Assembly: GCA_963843835.1 (NCBI GenBank) | Contig: CAWJMD010000001.1 | Location: 938,295-1,002,294 of the forward strand | DNA length: 64,000 bases | Origin: an uncultured Actinomycetota bacterium | GTDB lineage: Bacteria; Actinomycetota; Actinomycetes; Actinomycetales; CAWJMD01 | Direction of reading: 5' to 3' | Part shown: positions 37,195 to 47,111 of the stretch, piece by piece | Numbering within the stretch: position 1 is the stretch's first letter | Layout of the letters: every line of letters starts with the position of its first letter | Program-made: the position numbers and the translations under genes | The notes under the pieces: generated by a model | What the model saw: the letters and a program-made list of their open reading frames with translations, nothing else | Database searches by the model: none | Told to the model about the DNA's origin: nothing

Positions 37195-38270
37195 GGGTCC
37201 ATTGTGCGGGTCGGGCCTCGTCCTGCGCTCGCCGGAGGCTCCCGGCACCCGCACCGGGGGTGTGACGGCCACGCCCGCAGGACGGGCAGCGGGTCGTCGA
37301 GCCGCACCTCGAGCGAGCAGCCCAGGGTGACCGGCTGGGCGTGGCCGTCCACCTCCGCCAGCGCCTGCGTGACGGCCAGCAGGGCGACCAGGTCGCACAG
37401 GTGCGGCGGGTGGGCCCGCTCGGGTCGGTTGGCCACCTGCGACAGCACCCGCGGCCAGTCGGCGTCGCGGTCGCTCCGGTACAGGTCGAGGCAACGCAGG
37501 CAGCAGGTGCGGCCGGGCCGGACCAGCGGACCGACCACGGCGTCGTCCTCCCGCAGCACGACGGGCAGGTGGGTGACGTCCTCGCGCAGCAGTCCGTCGT
37601 AGCGGTGCGTGTCGAGGGCGTCCGTGCCGGTCAGCACCACGAGGTCCGGACGGTGCCTGCCCACGACCCGCGTCGCGACGCCGGGGGCGTGGGCCTGGAG
37701 CACCTCCGCGGCGGCGGTCGCGCGCTCTCGGCCCACGTCGCCTGCGCGGTAGCCGCCGGGGCGCACGTCGTTCGCGCGCACGCGGGAACCGTCCGCGACG
37801 GCGACGGTGCCCACCCCGGCATTGGCCAGCCCGACGGCGACGGCGAGCCCGGTGCGTCCCGCCCCGACGACGGCGACGCTGCGGCGCTGGCGTTCGAGCA
37901 GCACGTCCCACCCGTCGCCGCCGGAGGCGTCCCCGAGGGAGAGCGCGCGGGCTGTGACCGCCAGGCGGGACCGCACCGGTTCGGCGAGGGACGCGAGGCG
38001 GCCCCTGGGTGTGGGCGCCCGCACGAGCGCACCGGCCCCGACCAGCGCGGAGACCAGCTCGTGGACGCGCTCGGGGCTGGAGCCCAGCGCGACGGCCCGG
38101 TCCGTGAGGGAGGAGAGGTCGTGACCGCCGGCGAGCAGCAGGTCGACGAGGTGCTCGTCGGTCGCGTCCAGCCCGTCCAGGATCACGCCGTGGCGGGCGT
38201 GCAGACCGACCTGGAGGCGACCGGGACCACGCCAGGCAAGGACGAGTCCCGGCCGGATCCGCAGTCGCAT
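37191..38270 (-). CDS. ThiF/E1-like domain protein (Rv3196-like)
   Basis: VAVVGAGRTG..VA..LA.AGVG, VVGPLVRPGRTCCLRC, HPRCGC. Confidence 0.8.
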   Translation of the reverse strand: MRLRIRPGLVLAWRGPGRLQVGLHARHGVILDGLDATDEHLVDLLLAGGHDLSSLTDRAVALGSSPERVHELVSALVGAGALVRAPTPRGRLASLAEPVRSRLAVTARALSLGDASGGDGWDVLLERQRRSVAVVGAGRTGLAVAVGLANAGVGTVAVADGSRVRANDVRPGGYRAGDVGRERATAAAEVLQAHAPGVATRVVGRHRPDLVVLTGTDALDTHRYDGLLREDVTHLPVVLREDDAVVGPLVRPGRTCCLRCLDLYRSDRDADWPRVLSQVANRPERAHPPHLCDLVALLAVTQALAEVDGHAQPVTLGCSLEVRLDDPLPVLRAWPSHPRCGCREPPASAGRGPTRTMDP

Positions 38271-38354
38271 GGCGGCACGGTGCCACGCCGGCGAGCAGGT
38301 GCTCCGGCGCTGTCCACACCCCCTGGACCCCGCCCGCGGAAGGCCCCGGACGCA

Positions 38355-38390
38355 GACGAGCGGCGCGGGATCGCTCCCGCGCCGCTCGTC
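38355..38390 (-). terminator. Perfect 16-bp GC hairpin
   Basis: gacgagcggcgcggga-tcgc-tcccgcgccgctcgtc, downstream of the small zinc-ribbon gene. Confidence 0.7.
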
Positions 38391-38435
38391 CGAGGGGTGA
38401 CCGGGCTCAGACGGCCCGGCCGGTCAGGCCGTGGT

Positions 38436-38594
38436 TCAGGCCTTGCCCAGGATGCGGTTGAGGTTGGTACCGCAGACGGGGCACTTGCCCTTGGCCATGC
38501 GGCGACCGTTGGTCTCGACCACGTTTCCGGTGGCCTCGCGCTTCTCCTTGCACTTCACGCAGTAGAAGTCGCCGGTGTAGGTCTCGTCGGCCAT
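38436..38594 (-). CDS. Small zinc-ribbon protein (DUF5679-like)
   Basis: AAGGAGG RBS; YCVKCKEKR...KGKCPVCGTNLNRILG. Confidence 0.88.
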   Translation of the reverse strand: MADETYTGDFYCVKCKEKREATGNVVETNGRRMAKGKCPVCGTNLNRILGKA

Positions 38595-38782
38595 GTGTTG
38601 GCCCTCCTTGTCACTTCTCTCGGGTGGGTCCTGGTCCGACCAGTCGGACCCTTCCGCGGGACGCGGTCGGTGCCGGGCCAGCCGGGGGCGTTCACCCTGG
38701 GGCCAGGATCCACGCCACCCTAGCCGAGCACGGGCTGAGCACGAACGCACCCCGCCCTCGGCGCGCCGGTACGGTGCCTTTT

Positions 38783-39586
38783 GTGACCCCCGCCCTCGAC
38801 CTCGAGCACCTCCGGCTGGAACGGCGCCCGGACGGGGTGGCTGTGCTCACGCTCGACCTGCCCGAGCGGCGCAACATGATGAGCGCGCCGATGACGGCCT
38901 CGTGGGTCCGGGCCGTCGAGGCGCTGCGTCAGGACGAGGGACTGCGCGTGGTCGTCGTCACCGGGGCCGGAAAGGCGTTCTGCTCCGGTGGGGACACGTC
39001 GTGGATCGGCGCGGACGCCGACGCCGGGGTCGAGGCGATGCGCCGCCGCATGCTCGCCTTCTACGAGGGCTGGCTGTCGATCCGCAGCCTGGACGTTCCC
39101 ACCGTCGCGGCCGTGAACGGCGCCGCGATCGGGGCCGGGCTCGCGCTGGCCCTGGCCTGCGACCTGCGGATCGTCGCGTCGGACGCCAAGCTCGGCGTGC
39201 CGTTCACCGCGCTGGGGATGCACGCGGGGATGGCGACGACCTGGTCGCTGCCCGAGGTCGCCGGGCTGCAGGTCGCGCGGGCCATGCTGCTGACCGGGCG
39301 CATCGTGGACGGCGACGAGGGCGTCCGGTTGGGGCTGGCGCTGCGGGACGTGCGAGCCGACGAGGTGCTGCCCGAGGCCCTCGCGCTGGCTGGCACGATC
39401 GCGTCGCGCGCGCCGGTGGCGACGCGGCTGACCACGGTGGCGCTGCGCGGAGGCGGGCACGCGGACCACCAGACCGCGCTGCAGTGGGAGGCCCTCGCCC
39501 AGGCGGTCACGCTGGTGACGGACGACCTGCAGGAGGGGCTGGCGGCGCAGCGGGAGAAGCGGGCGCCGCGCTTCCGCGGCCGCTGA
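38783..39586 (+). CDS. Enoyl-CoA hydratase/isomerase family protein
   Basis: PERRN, TGAGKAFCSGGD, AVNGAAIGAG..LALACDLR, EKRAPRFRG. Confidence 0.92.
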   Translation: MTPALDLEHLRLERRPDGVAVLTLDLPERRNMMSAPMTASWVRAVEALRQDEGLRVVVVTGAGKAFCSGGDTSWIGADADAGVEAMRRRMLAFYEGWLSIRSLDVPTVAAVNGAAIGAGLALALACDLRIVASDAKLGVPFTALGMHAGMATTWSLPEVAGLQVARAMLLTGRIVDGDEGVRLGLALRDVRADEVLPEALALAGTIASRAPVATRLTTVALRGGGHADHQTALQWEALAQAVTLVTDDLQEGLAAQREKRAPRFRGR

Positions 39587-39613
39587 GTGTGTTCACCGGT
39601 AGCCGAGTGCGGT

Positions 39614-40492
39614 TCAGCGGCTGCTGACTGCGTCCGCAAGGAACGCGGTGAGGGCTCCGGCGAGCTGGTCCGGGGCCTCCTCGGCCATGTGGTGGCCGCT
39701 GTCGATGACACCGCTGCGCACGTCGTCCGCCCAGGGCTGCCAGACGGCCGGCACGTCGCCGTAGAGCATCTCCATGTCGTCGCGGGCCGACCACAGGACG
39801 AGCACCGGGCAGCCGATCCGCCGGCCGTCGCGCCGGTCGGCGTCGTCGTCGGCGCGGTCGACGCCGAGGCCGGCGCGGTAGTCCTCGAGCATCGCCCTCA
39901 CCGTCGCGGGGTCGTGGATGGCCCGCCGGTAGTCGGCGTGGTTCTCGGCACCCATCAGGTCGGGATCGCCGCCGTACCAGGCGTCCGGGTCGGGGAGGAT
40001 GGCTCGCTCGGGCTTGTCCGGCTGGGCGAAGAAGAACCAGTGCCACCAGGCGGCCGCGAAGGTGGCGTCGGCCCGCGCTAGCGCCTCACCGATCGGCACG
40101 CAGTCGAGGACCGCCAGCGCGGAGACCGCCTGCGGGTGGTCCAGCGCCAGCCGGGTGGCGACGTAGCTGCCGCGGTCGTGCCCGACGACGGCGAAGCGCT
40201 CGTGCCCGAGGCGTCGCATCAGCGCGACCACGTCGGCCGCCATCACCCGCTTCGAGTACGGGCTGTGGTCGGCGGTCGTCGGCGGCTTGGACGACTGCCC
40301 GTAGCCGCGCAGGTCGGGGCAGACGACCGTGTACCCGGCGGCCTGGACCTGGGGCGCGACGCGGTGCCAGGTCGTGTGCGTCCGGGGATGCCCGTGGAGC
40401 AGGACCACGGCGGGACCGGTGCCCCCGTGACGGACGCGCAGCGAGACCCCCGGCTGCACCTCCAGCCGGTCCTCCACGAAGCCGTCGAACAC
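39614..40492 (-). CDS. Alpha/beta hydrolase, haloacetate dehalogenase-like
   Basis: LLHGHP, PDLRGYGQS, GHDRG (Asp nucleophile), WWHWFF, EDYRAG, SGHHMAEE. Confidence 0.87.
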   Translation of the reverse strand: MFDGFVEDRLEVQPGVSLRVRHGGTGPAVVLLHGHPRTHTTWHRVAPQVQAAGYTVVCPDLRGYGQSSKPPTTADHSPYSKRVMAADVVALMRRLGHERFAVVGHDRGSYVATRLALDHPQAVSALAVLDCVPIGEALARADATFAAAWWHWFFFAQPDKPERAILPDPDAWYGGDPDLMGAENHADYRRAIHDPATVRAMLEDYRAGLGVDRADDDADRRDGRRIGCPVLVLWSARDDMEMLYGDVPAVWQPWADDVRSGVIDSGHHMAEEAPDQLAGALTAFLADAVSSR

Positions 40493-40557
40493 GCGAGGAT
40501 TGTGGCCCAGAGCTCGCGGTCCCCGAGGTTGTGGGTCCCGGCGATTACCGTGGAGTC

Positions 40558-41154
40558 ATGGACGACGGGGTCGAGGTCCGGCGGAGCCGCCGCCGTCGGC
40601 GCAGCGTGACGGCCTACCGCGAGGGCGGGAGGGTCGTCGTGCTCATCCCCGCGCGCTTCACGCGCGCCGAGGAGCGCGAGTGGGTCGCGAAGATGACCGA
40701 CCGCCTCCATGCGCAGGAGAAGCGCCGCCGCCCCGGCGACGCCGCCCTCGCCCGCCGCGCCACCGAGCTGAGCGAGAAGTACCTCGGCGGGCTGGCCCGG
40801 CCGACGTCGGTGCGCTGGGCCACGAACCAGAACACGCGGTGGGGGTCGTGCACGCCGTCGGAGGGCACCATCCGCATCTCCACGCGCGTGAAGGGCACCC
40901 CGGGCTGGGTCCTCGACTACGTGCTGCTGCACGAGCTCGCCCACCTGGTCGAGGCCGGTCACGGGCCCCGCTTCTGGTCGCTGCTGGACGCCTACCCGCG
41001 TACCGAGCGGGCCCGCGGGTACCTCGAGGGACTCTCGGCCGCGCAGGAGCTCGGCCCGCCGCCGGGGGAGGACGTCGTCGACGAGGGCGCCGAGGGCGAG
41101 GACGGGGAGGCCGAGGACGGCATGCTGCCGCTCGGGGACCACCAGCCGCGCTAG
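40558..41154 (+). CDS. YgjP/DUF45-like M48-type metallopeptidase
   Basis: VRRSRRRRRSV, RWGSCT, DYVLLHELAHL, HGPRFW. Confidence 0.9.
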   Translation: MDDGVEVRRSRRRRRSVTAYREGGRVVVLIPARFTRAEEREWVAKMTDRLHAQEKRRRPGDAALARRATELSEKYLGGLARPTSVRWATNQNTRWGSCTPSEGTIRISTRVKGTPGWVLDYVLLHELAHLVEAGHGPRFWSLLDAYPRTERARGYLEGLSAAQELGPPPGEDVVDEGAEGEDGEAEDGMLPLGDHQPR

Positions 41155-41669
41155 GTGAGATCGGCGGCCAGCCGTTGGTAGGCGGGGTGGAGCTCCTGCC
41201 ACCGCGCACGGGCGTCGCAGCGATCACGGCCGGCGAGATAGGCGGCAAGATCCTCGACGTGGACCTGGTCTCCTGCCCCGTAGGCGGCGATCTGCTCCAG
41301 TGGCAAGCCGCGGTCCTCGATGACCAGAACGGTGTGGTCGCCATCCACGGTCAACGTCGCCTCGACGACGCCGTCCGGTTCGTCGGGGGACGTGGTCCGG
41401 ATCAGCAGGCGCTGCGGGGGCTCGCACAGCTCCACGCGACCGGTGCCTTCCCATCCGCTGGCGAAGTAGCGGGCGCGGAACTCGCCGCCCAGGCGCAGAT
41501 CGCCGTCGACCTCGCCGAGCCAGCGGGCGAGACGGCTGGGATCGGTGAGGGCTGACCACAGGTCGTCGACATCCGTCTCGAACCGGTCCTCCAGGCGGAC
41601 GATGCCCGTGCCGTCCGCTGCACGCAGCGTGCCCAGAGTGCGCACGCTTCCAGGGGTGTTGGTGGTCAT
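41151..41669 (-). CDS. SRPBCC/AHSA1 domain protein
   Basis: LWSALTDPSRLARW.G...GDLRLGG, CEPPQRL. Confidence 0.88.
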   Translation of the reverse strand: MTTNTPGSVRTLGTLRAADGTGIVRLEDRFETDVDDLWSALTDPSRLARWLGEVDGDLRLGGEFRARYFASGWEGTGRVELCEPPQRLLIRTTSPDEPDGVVEATLTVDGDHTVLVIEDRGLPLEQIAAYGAGDQVHVEDLAAYLAGRDRCDARARWQELHPAYQRLAADLT

Positions 41670-41992
41670 CGGGGGCTCCTTCGGTCACGCTTGCCGCGTG
41701 CTATCTCGGTGTGCAGGGCATCCAGCCGCTGTTCCCAGAGCGACAGGTATCGACTCAGCCAGTCGTTGACCTCGGCGAGCGGCTGCGGGCGAAGGGAGTA
41801 GACCCGCCGCTGTGCCTCGTGGCGAACCTCGACGAGGCCCGCCTCACGCAGCACCCGCAGGTGCCGTGAGACGCCCGGGCGCGCAATCGGTAGGAGCGCT
41901 GCCAGCTCACCCGCGGTCGCTGGACCTTCCGCGAGGGTCTCCAGCATCGTCCGCCGACTGTCGTCCGCCAGCGCCCTGAGAGCAGCTTCCAT
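41666..41992 (-). CDS. ArsR/SmtB-family regulator
   Basis: ALADDSRRTML, VSRHLRVLREAGLV, RRVYSL; coupled to the SRPBCC gene. Confidence 0.92.
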   Translation of the reverse strand: MEAALRALADDSRRTMLETLAEGPATAGELAALLPIARPGVSRHLRVLREAGLVEVRHEAQRRVYSLRPQPLAEVNDWLSRYLSLWEQRLDALHTEIARGKRDRRSPR

Positions 41993-41996
41993 GGCC

Positions 41997-42038
41997 TCTG
42001 TGTACCCGATCAGTTACGTACCCGTCAAGGTACACAGA
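41997..42038. promoter_or_regulatory. Inverted repeat upstream of arsR (putative autoregulatory operator)
   Basis: TCTGTGTACC (41997) ... GGTACACAGA (42038) with internal GTACCCG direct repeats. Confidence 0.55.
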
Positions 42039-42051
42039 CCCCGGGGCCGCC

Positions 42052-43344
42052 TCATCCCGTGTCGAACGCATCCGGGGCCGAGGCGAAGTTGAACCACGAG
42101 AGCTGGAGCCGCTCGTCGGTGAGCCCCGGGTAGGGCGCCGGGTAGGGCGCCGGCTCGCTGCGGGCAGCCGGGTCACGAGGGTCGCCGGGGGACCGTGGAC
42201 GCGGGACCGCCCCGACCAGGAGCCCGCGCCGGTTCCGCACCGTCAGCCCGTCGCGGCGCGTGGGGTCCCCCGTGATCGTGTACTCGCCGCGGTGCAGCTC
42301 GTCGTGGTGGTGCGGGCAGAGCGAGACGTTGGTCTCGAAGTCGGTGCCGCCGCCCTGCGACCACGGGGTGAGGTGGTGCACCTCGACGAACCGGGTCGCG
42401 GTACAGCCTGGGTAGCGGCAACCGCGGTCGCGGTCGGTGATCAGTCGGCGGGTGCGGTCGGGGACGATCCGCTGGGCGCGGCCGACGCTGACCGGCCGGC
42501 CCTGCGACTCGCGCACCGCCTGCGCCGTGCCGTCGCACGCGAACTTGGCGGCGAGTCCGGGCGGGATCGCCCCGGCCCCGTTGACCCACGCCCCGTCGTC
42601 GCTGAGGTGCACGTAGACGCGGTAGCGGTCTCGGCGGCTCACGGGCCCGGCCGGCATGAGGGACCGTGAGGCGATCTCGGCGAGCGCGTCGGCGTGCGTG
42701 GCTCCCGTCCGTCCGTCGCCGAAGAGCGCGTCCTTGGCCTCGCGGACCGCCTGCTCGACCAGCGCGCCGGTCTCGGCCGATGCGTCGTACCGCAGCAGGA
42801 AGCGGCCGGCGTCGTCGTAGGTCATGGACAGGTTCGGTGGCGCCGAGGCCTGCTGCTCGACGGTCTCGGGCTCGAACCGCGAGTCCGTCGTGTCGGTGGC
42901 CGCGTCGGGCACGTCGAACACGTACCGCTCGAGCACCCGGTTCAGCTGGGGCACCGTCAGGTGCTCGGCGACGTCGGCGACGGAGGCCTCGTGCGAGGCG
43001 GGCGTCCGGCGGGCCACCACCGCAGCCTGGTCGAACGAGACCCGGCCCTCCCCGAGCAGGCCGACGACCGCCGGCACCGCGTCGCGGCGGCGCGCGAGAC
43101 GCACGACGTCCTTCGCGCGGGCGGGGGAGAGGCCCAGCCGCACCACGAGCCAGTGCTCCGGGCTGCGGTACCCCTCGCCCCACGCCTCGTGCTCGATCAC
43201 CCTGGCCGTCACGTCGACCAGGTCGGCGTGAGCGCGATGCAGGCGGGCCGCGACCCGTCCCGCCTCGTCGTGGAGGTCGTCCACGACACGTTCCCGCTCA
43301 GCCGTTCTTATGACAGAATCGTACAGGCGTGCGAATCCGTTCAC
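42052..43344 (-). CDS. DUF222 + HNH endonuclease protein (13E12-repeat-like); start uncertain
   Basis: GYRSPEHWL, ACDG, RDRGCRYPGC, VHHLTPWSQGGGTD..N..LCPHHH..LH. Confidence 0.87.
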   Translation of the reverse strand: MNGFARLYDSVIRTAERERVVDDLHDEAGRVAARLHRAHADLVDVTARVIEHEAWGEGYRSPEHWLVVRLGLSPARAKDVVRLARRRDAVPAVVGLLGEGRVSFDQAAVVARRTPASHEASVADVAEHLTVPQLNRVLERYVFDVPDAATDTTDSRFEPETVEQQASAPPNLSMTYDDAGRFLLRYDASAETGALVEQAVREAKDALFGDGRTGATHADALAEIASRSLMPAGPVSRRDRYRVYVHLSDDGAWVNGAGAIPPGLAAKFACDGTAQAVRESQGRPVSVGRAQRIVPDRTRRLITDRDRGCRYPGCTATRFVEVHHLTPWSQGGGTDFETNVSLCPHHHDELHRGEYTITGDPTRRDGLTVRNRRGLLVGAVPRPRSPGDPRDPAARSEPAPYPAPYPGLTDERLQLSWFNFASAPDAFDTG

Positions 43345-43366
43345 CAGGGTTCGTCCACAGATCCGG

Positions 43367-43870
43367 CTACCCGATCAGGTCGCTCCGCCCCGGCAGGTGC
43401 TCGAACACCAGGTTCGTCTCGGTGTGGCTGACCGCCGGGTGCCCGGTGAGGTGCTCGACGACGAAGTCGCGCAGCGCGTCCGCGTCCGGCACCGCGACGT
43501 GGACCAGCCAGTCGTCCTTGCCGGAGAGGTGGAACATCGCGATCACGCCGTCGATCGTCGGCAGCTGGGCGCGGAACAGCTCGACCTGCTCGCGGATGTG
43601 CGCTCGCATCCGGACGGCGATGATCGCCTGCAGGGGACGCCCGACCCGCGCCAGGTCGACGTCGGCGTAGACCCCTCGGAGCACCCCCCGCCGGCGCAGC
43701 TCGCGCACGCGCAGCAGGCACGTCGACGGCGCGATGCCGACCAGGTCGGCGAGGGCCGCGTTGGTGGCGCGCCCGTCGTCACGCAGGGCGCGCAGGATGC
43801 GACGGTCGACGTCGTCGAGCACGGCCGGGGTCGCCGAGCCCCGACGGGGATGAACGTCGTTCGGTGTCAT
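43367..43870 (-). CDS. Lrp/AsnC-family regulator
   Basis: LDDVDRRILRALRDDGR.TNAALA..VG..PSTCL.RVREL; divergent from the lyase gene. Confidence 0.92.
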   Translation of the reverse strand: MTPNDVHPRRGSATPAVLDDVDRRILRALRDDGRATNAALADLVGIAPSTCLLRVRELRRRGVLRGVYADVDLARVGRPLQAIIAVRMRAHIREQVELFRAQLPTIDGVIAMFHLSGKDDWLVHVAVPDADALRDFVVEHLTGHPAVSHTETNLVFEHLPGRSDLIG

Positions 43871-43978
43871 GGCGGTCCCTGTCGGTCGGACGAGTGGGAT
43901 CTTCAGCGTGGCACCTTGATCCTGCAGGATCTTCGGTCGCCCGCCTGACGGCCAGCGTAAGCCGCGACCCTGGGAGGC

Positions 43979-45223
43979 ATGACCGCTACCCCGACCACCT
44001 CGCTGCAGACCCGCGCCGTCCACGCCGGCCGCGCCGACCTCGGCGGCCTCGGGGTGCACGCCCTCCCGCTCGACCTCTCCACGACCTACCCGCTGCCCGA
44101 CATCGAGAAGGGCGGCGACGCCTACGAGCAGCTCGCCACCGGCGGCCCCCCCCGCTCCGGCGACAGCCACGTCTACGCGCGCCTCTGGAACCCGACGGTC
44201 GCACGGTTCGAGGAGGGGCTGGCCGACCTCGAGCAGGCCGATGGCGCCGTGGCGTTCGGCACCGGCATGGCGGCCCTCACCGCCGTGCTGCTGGGCCTGG
44301 GCGAGGGCTGCGACCCGGACGGTCCCCGCCCGCACGTCGTCGCCGTCCGGCCGCTGTACGGCGGCTCGGACCACCTGCTCGCGGCAGGTGTCTGCGGCAC
44401 CTCGGTCACCTTCACCGACCCGGCCCGGACGGCTGAGGACGTGGCCGGCGCGGTCGCCGAGGCGGCGCGTCCCACCACGCGCCTCGTGATGCTCGAGACG
44501 CCCTCCAACCCCACCCTCGACCTCGTCGACGTCGCCGCCGTCGTCAAGGCGGCGCGCGAGCACTGCCCCGACGCCGTGGTGATGGTCGACAACACGTTCG
44601 CGACCCCGGTGCTGCAGCGTCCGCTGACCCTCGGCGCCGACCTCGTGCTGCACTCGGCGACGAAGTTCATCGGCGGTCACGGCGACGCGATGGGCGGCGT
44701 CGTGGCGGTCGGTGGCGAGCACGCGGACGGGTGGGCCGAGCGGCTGCGCCGAGTGCGCGCGATCACCGGCGCCCTGCTGCACCCCTTCGGCGCCTACCTG
44801 CTGCACCGTGGTCTGGCGACGCTGCCGCTGCGGGTCGCGCAGCAGGGCGACAACGCGCACAAGGTGGCGCTCGGCCTGGCCCAGCACCCCGCGGTCGAGG
44901 CGGTCCACTTCCCCGGGCTGGACGGCGGGGACCCCACAGGTCTGGTCGGCACCCAGATGGCGGGTCCCGGCTCGGTGCTCGCGTTCCGCGTCGTGGGTGG
45001 CTACGAGGCCGCGTGCACGGTGGCGGGTTCCGTCCGGCTGATCACGCACGCCGTCTCACTGGGCGGCGTCGACACCCTGATCCAGCACCCTGCGGCCCTC
45101 ACCCACCGGCCGGTGGCCGGCGAGGCGAAGCCCGACGCCGGGCTGCTGCGCCTGTCGGTCGGTCTCGAGGACCCGAACGACGTGCTCGCCGACCTGCTGC
45201 AGGCGCTCGGTCACCTGGGGTAG
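43979..45223 (+). CDS. PLP-dependent trans-sulfuration enzyme (methionine gamma-lyase / cystathionine gamma-synthase family)
   Basis: YARLWNPT, GTGMAA, ETPSNP, VDNTFATP, HSATKFIGGHGD, AVSLGGV, LRLSVGLED. Confidence 0.92.
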   Translation: MTATPTTSLQTRAVHAGRADLGGLGVHALPLDLSTTYPLPDIEKGGDAYEQLATGGPPRSGDSHVYARLWNPTVARFEEGLADLEQADGAVAFGTGMAALTAVLLGLGEGCDPDGPRPHVVAVRPLYGGSDHLLAAGVCGTSVTFTDPARTAEDVAGAVAEAARPTTRLVMLETPSNPTLDLVDVAAVVKAAREHCPDAVVMVDNTFATPVLQRPLTLGADLVLHSATKFIGGHGDAMGGVVAVGGEHADGWAERLRRVRAITGALLHPFGAYLLHRGLATLPLRVAQQGDNAHKVALGLAQHPAVEAVHFPGLDGGDPTGLVGTQMAGPGSVLAFRVVGGYEAACTVAGSVRLITHAVSLGGVDTLIQHPAALTHRPVAGEAKPDAGLLRLSVGLEDPNDVLADLLQALGHLG

Positions 45224-46293
45224 TGCCGTAGCTCGGTGGCCTTCACCGAGACCCACACCTCGTGCCCGACGTCGAGGCCGAGCTCGGCCACCGACACGGC
45301 GGTGACGTCGGCGAGGACGGGTGGTGGCCCGGCCACGCTGACGCGCACCACGTGGGCGTGCTGCTCGAGCGAGTCGATCGTCCCCTGCCAGACGTTGCGC
45401 GCCGAGCCCTCGGGGCGGCGGTTGTGCAACGACACGGCTGATGGCGAGAACGCCACGAACACAGGGCCTTCCACGGCGTCCGAGACGTGCAGCGTGCCGC
45501 CCTGCTCGACCTGGACGGCCGCGCTGCCCGGCGCGGCCACACCTTCGTAGAGGTTGAGCCCCACCAGTCGCGCCACGTAGTCGGTGCGCGGTGCGCGGGC
45601 GACCTGGGACGGCGTGCCCTGTTGCACCACGCGACCGTCCTCGATCACGACCAGGTGGTCGGCCAGCACCATCGCGTCGAGCGGGTCGTGGGTGACGAGC
45701 ACCGTGCACCCGGGGTACTCGCGCAGGTGCTTCCGCAGCCCGCTGCGCACCTCGAGCCGCGTGGCGGCGTCGAGTGCGGCCAGGGGCTCGTCGAGCAGCA
45801 GCAGGTCGGGAGACGTGGCGAGGGCCCGGGCGAGCGCGACCCGCTGGGCCTGGCCGCCCGACAGTGCCCGGGGCCGAACGCGTTCCAGCCCCTCGAGACC
45901 GACTCTCGCGAGCCACTCCACCGCCGCGGCGTGCGACGTGCGCCGGGACGTCCCGCGGCTGCGCAGCCCGAAGGCGACGTTGTCGACGGCGCTCAGGTGA
46001 GGGAAGAGCAGGTAGTCCTGGAAGACCATCCCGACGTGCCGCCGGTCGGTGGGAGTGGTGCGACCGTCCGCGTCGAGCACCCGGCCACCGAGGCGCACGT
46101 GGCCGGCGGGCATCGGCACGAGACCCGCGAGAGCGCGCAGGGCCGTCGACTTCCCGGCGCCGTTGGGCCCGAGCAGCGCGACGACGCTGCCTGGGGCGAC
46201 CTGCAGGTCGAGGTCGAGGTCGAAGCGCCCGCGGCGCACCACGAGCCGGGCGTCGAGGCCACCGGCGGCGCGGTCGACCGCGCGCGTGGTCAC
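45211..46293 (-). CDS. modC: Molybdate ABC transporter ATP-binding subunit with TOBE domain
   Basis: GPNGAGKST, LSGGQAQRVALARAL, LLLDEP, C-terminal TOBE SVKATE. Confidence 0.9.
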   Translation of the reverse strand: MTTRAVDRAAGGLDARLVVRRGRFDLDLDLQVAPGSVVALLGPNGAGKSTALRALAGLVPMPAGHVRLGGRVLDADGRTTPTDRRHVGMVFQDYLLFPHLSAVDNVAFGLRSRGTSRRTSHAAAVEWLARVGLEGLERVRPRALSGGQAQRVALARALATSPDLLLLDEPLAALDAATRLEVRSGLRKHLREYPGCTVLVTHDPLDAMVLADHLVVIEDGRVVQQGTPSQVARAPRTDYVARLVGLNLYEGVAAPGSAAVQVEQGGTLHVSDAVEGPVFVAFSPSAVSLHNRRPEGSARNVWQGTIDSLEQHAHVVRVSVAGPPPVLADVTAVSVAELGLDVGHEVWVSVKATELRHYPR

Positions 46294-47111
46294 GTCGACG
46301 TCCCGCTCACCCAGCGGTCGCGCAGGCTGGTCAGCACCAGCACCGAGACGCCGAGCAGCACCAGCGAGAGGACGATCGCCGCCTCGGGGTTGGTCTCCAG
46401 GGCCAGGTAGACGGCGATCGGCATCGTGCGTGTCACACCCGGGAAGCTCCCGGCGAACGTGATCGTGGCCCCGAACTCGCCCAGGGCGCGGGCGAAGCAG
46501 AGCACGGCGCCGGCGGTGACCCCGGGCGCGACCAGCGGCAGCGTGACCCGACGGAAGATCGTCCAGCGGGAGGCGCCGAGCGTGGCGGCCGCGTCCTCGT
46601 AGCGGCGGTCCGCGCCGCGCAGCGCACCCTCGACGGCGATCACGAGGAACGGCATCGCGACGAAGGCCTCAGCGAGCACGACGGCCGCCGTGGTGAACGG
46701 CAGGCTGATACCGAACCACGCGAACAGGTACTGGCCGGCGAGTCCACGACGACCGAGGAGCAGGAGCAGCGCGACGCCCCCGACGACCGGCGGCAGCACC
46801 AGCGGCACGGTGACGAGTGAGCGGAGGAGGCGACGTCCGCGGAACGTGGCCCGCGCCAGCACCCAGGCGAGCGGCACGCCCAGCACGAGGCACACGACCG
46901 TGGCCAGGCTCGCGGTGACCAGGGACAGCCTCAGGGCTGTGCCGACCTCGGGGCTAAACAGCTCGGACGGCAGGGTGCTCCAGGGGGCCCGGACGAGCAG
47001 GGCCCCGAGGGGAAGGACGAGGAACGCCAGGCCGAGGCCCGCCGGGACCAGCAGGACGAGGGGTAGGCCGATCCCGCGACGCTCGTCAGGGACGGTCGAA
47101 GCCGGCGTCAT
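46290..47111 (-). CDS. modB: Molybdate ABC transporter permease
   Basis: PLVLPPVVGG, EDAAATLGAS, FARALGEFGAT.TFAG. Confidence 0.92.
   Translation of the reverse strand: MTPASTVPDERRGIGLPLVLLVPAGLGLAFLVLPLGALLVRAPWSTLPSELFSPEVGTALRLSLVTASLATVVCLVLGVPLAWVLARATFRGRRLLRSLVTVPLVLPPVVGGVALLLLLGRRGLAGQYLFAWFGISLPFTTAAVVLAEAFVAMPFLVIAVEGALRGADRRYEDAAATLGASRWTIFRRVTLPLVAPGVTAGAVLCFARALGEFGATITFAGSFPGVTRTMPIAVYLALETNPEAAIVLSLVLLGVSVLVLTSLRDRWVSGTST

Noticed and set aside
37191-38594. ThiF-like gene plus small Cys-rich ORF as a RiPP/TOMM cluster
   Set aside because: There is no YcaO, dehydrogenase or transporter. The small ORF is a CxxC...CxxC zinc ribbon, and the block matches conserved actinobacterial synteny with the ABC1 kinase.
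42124-42152. Short tandem repeats (PAPYPAPYP in the HNH tail; gtcgccaaa x2 near 24922)
   Set aside because: Two-copy in-frame micro-duplications only.
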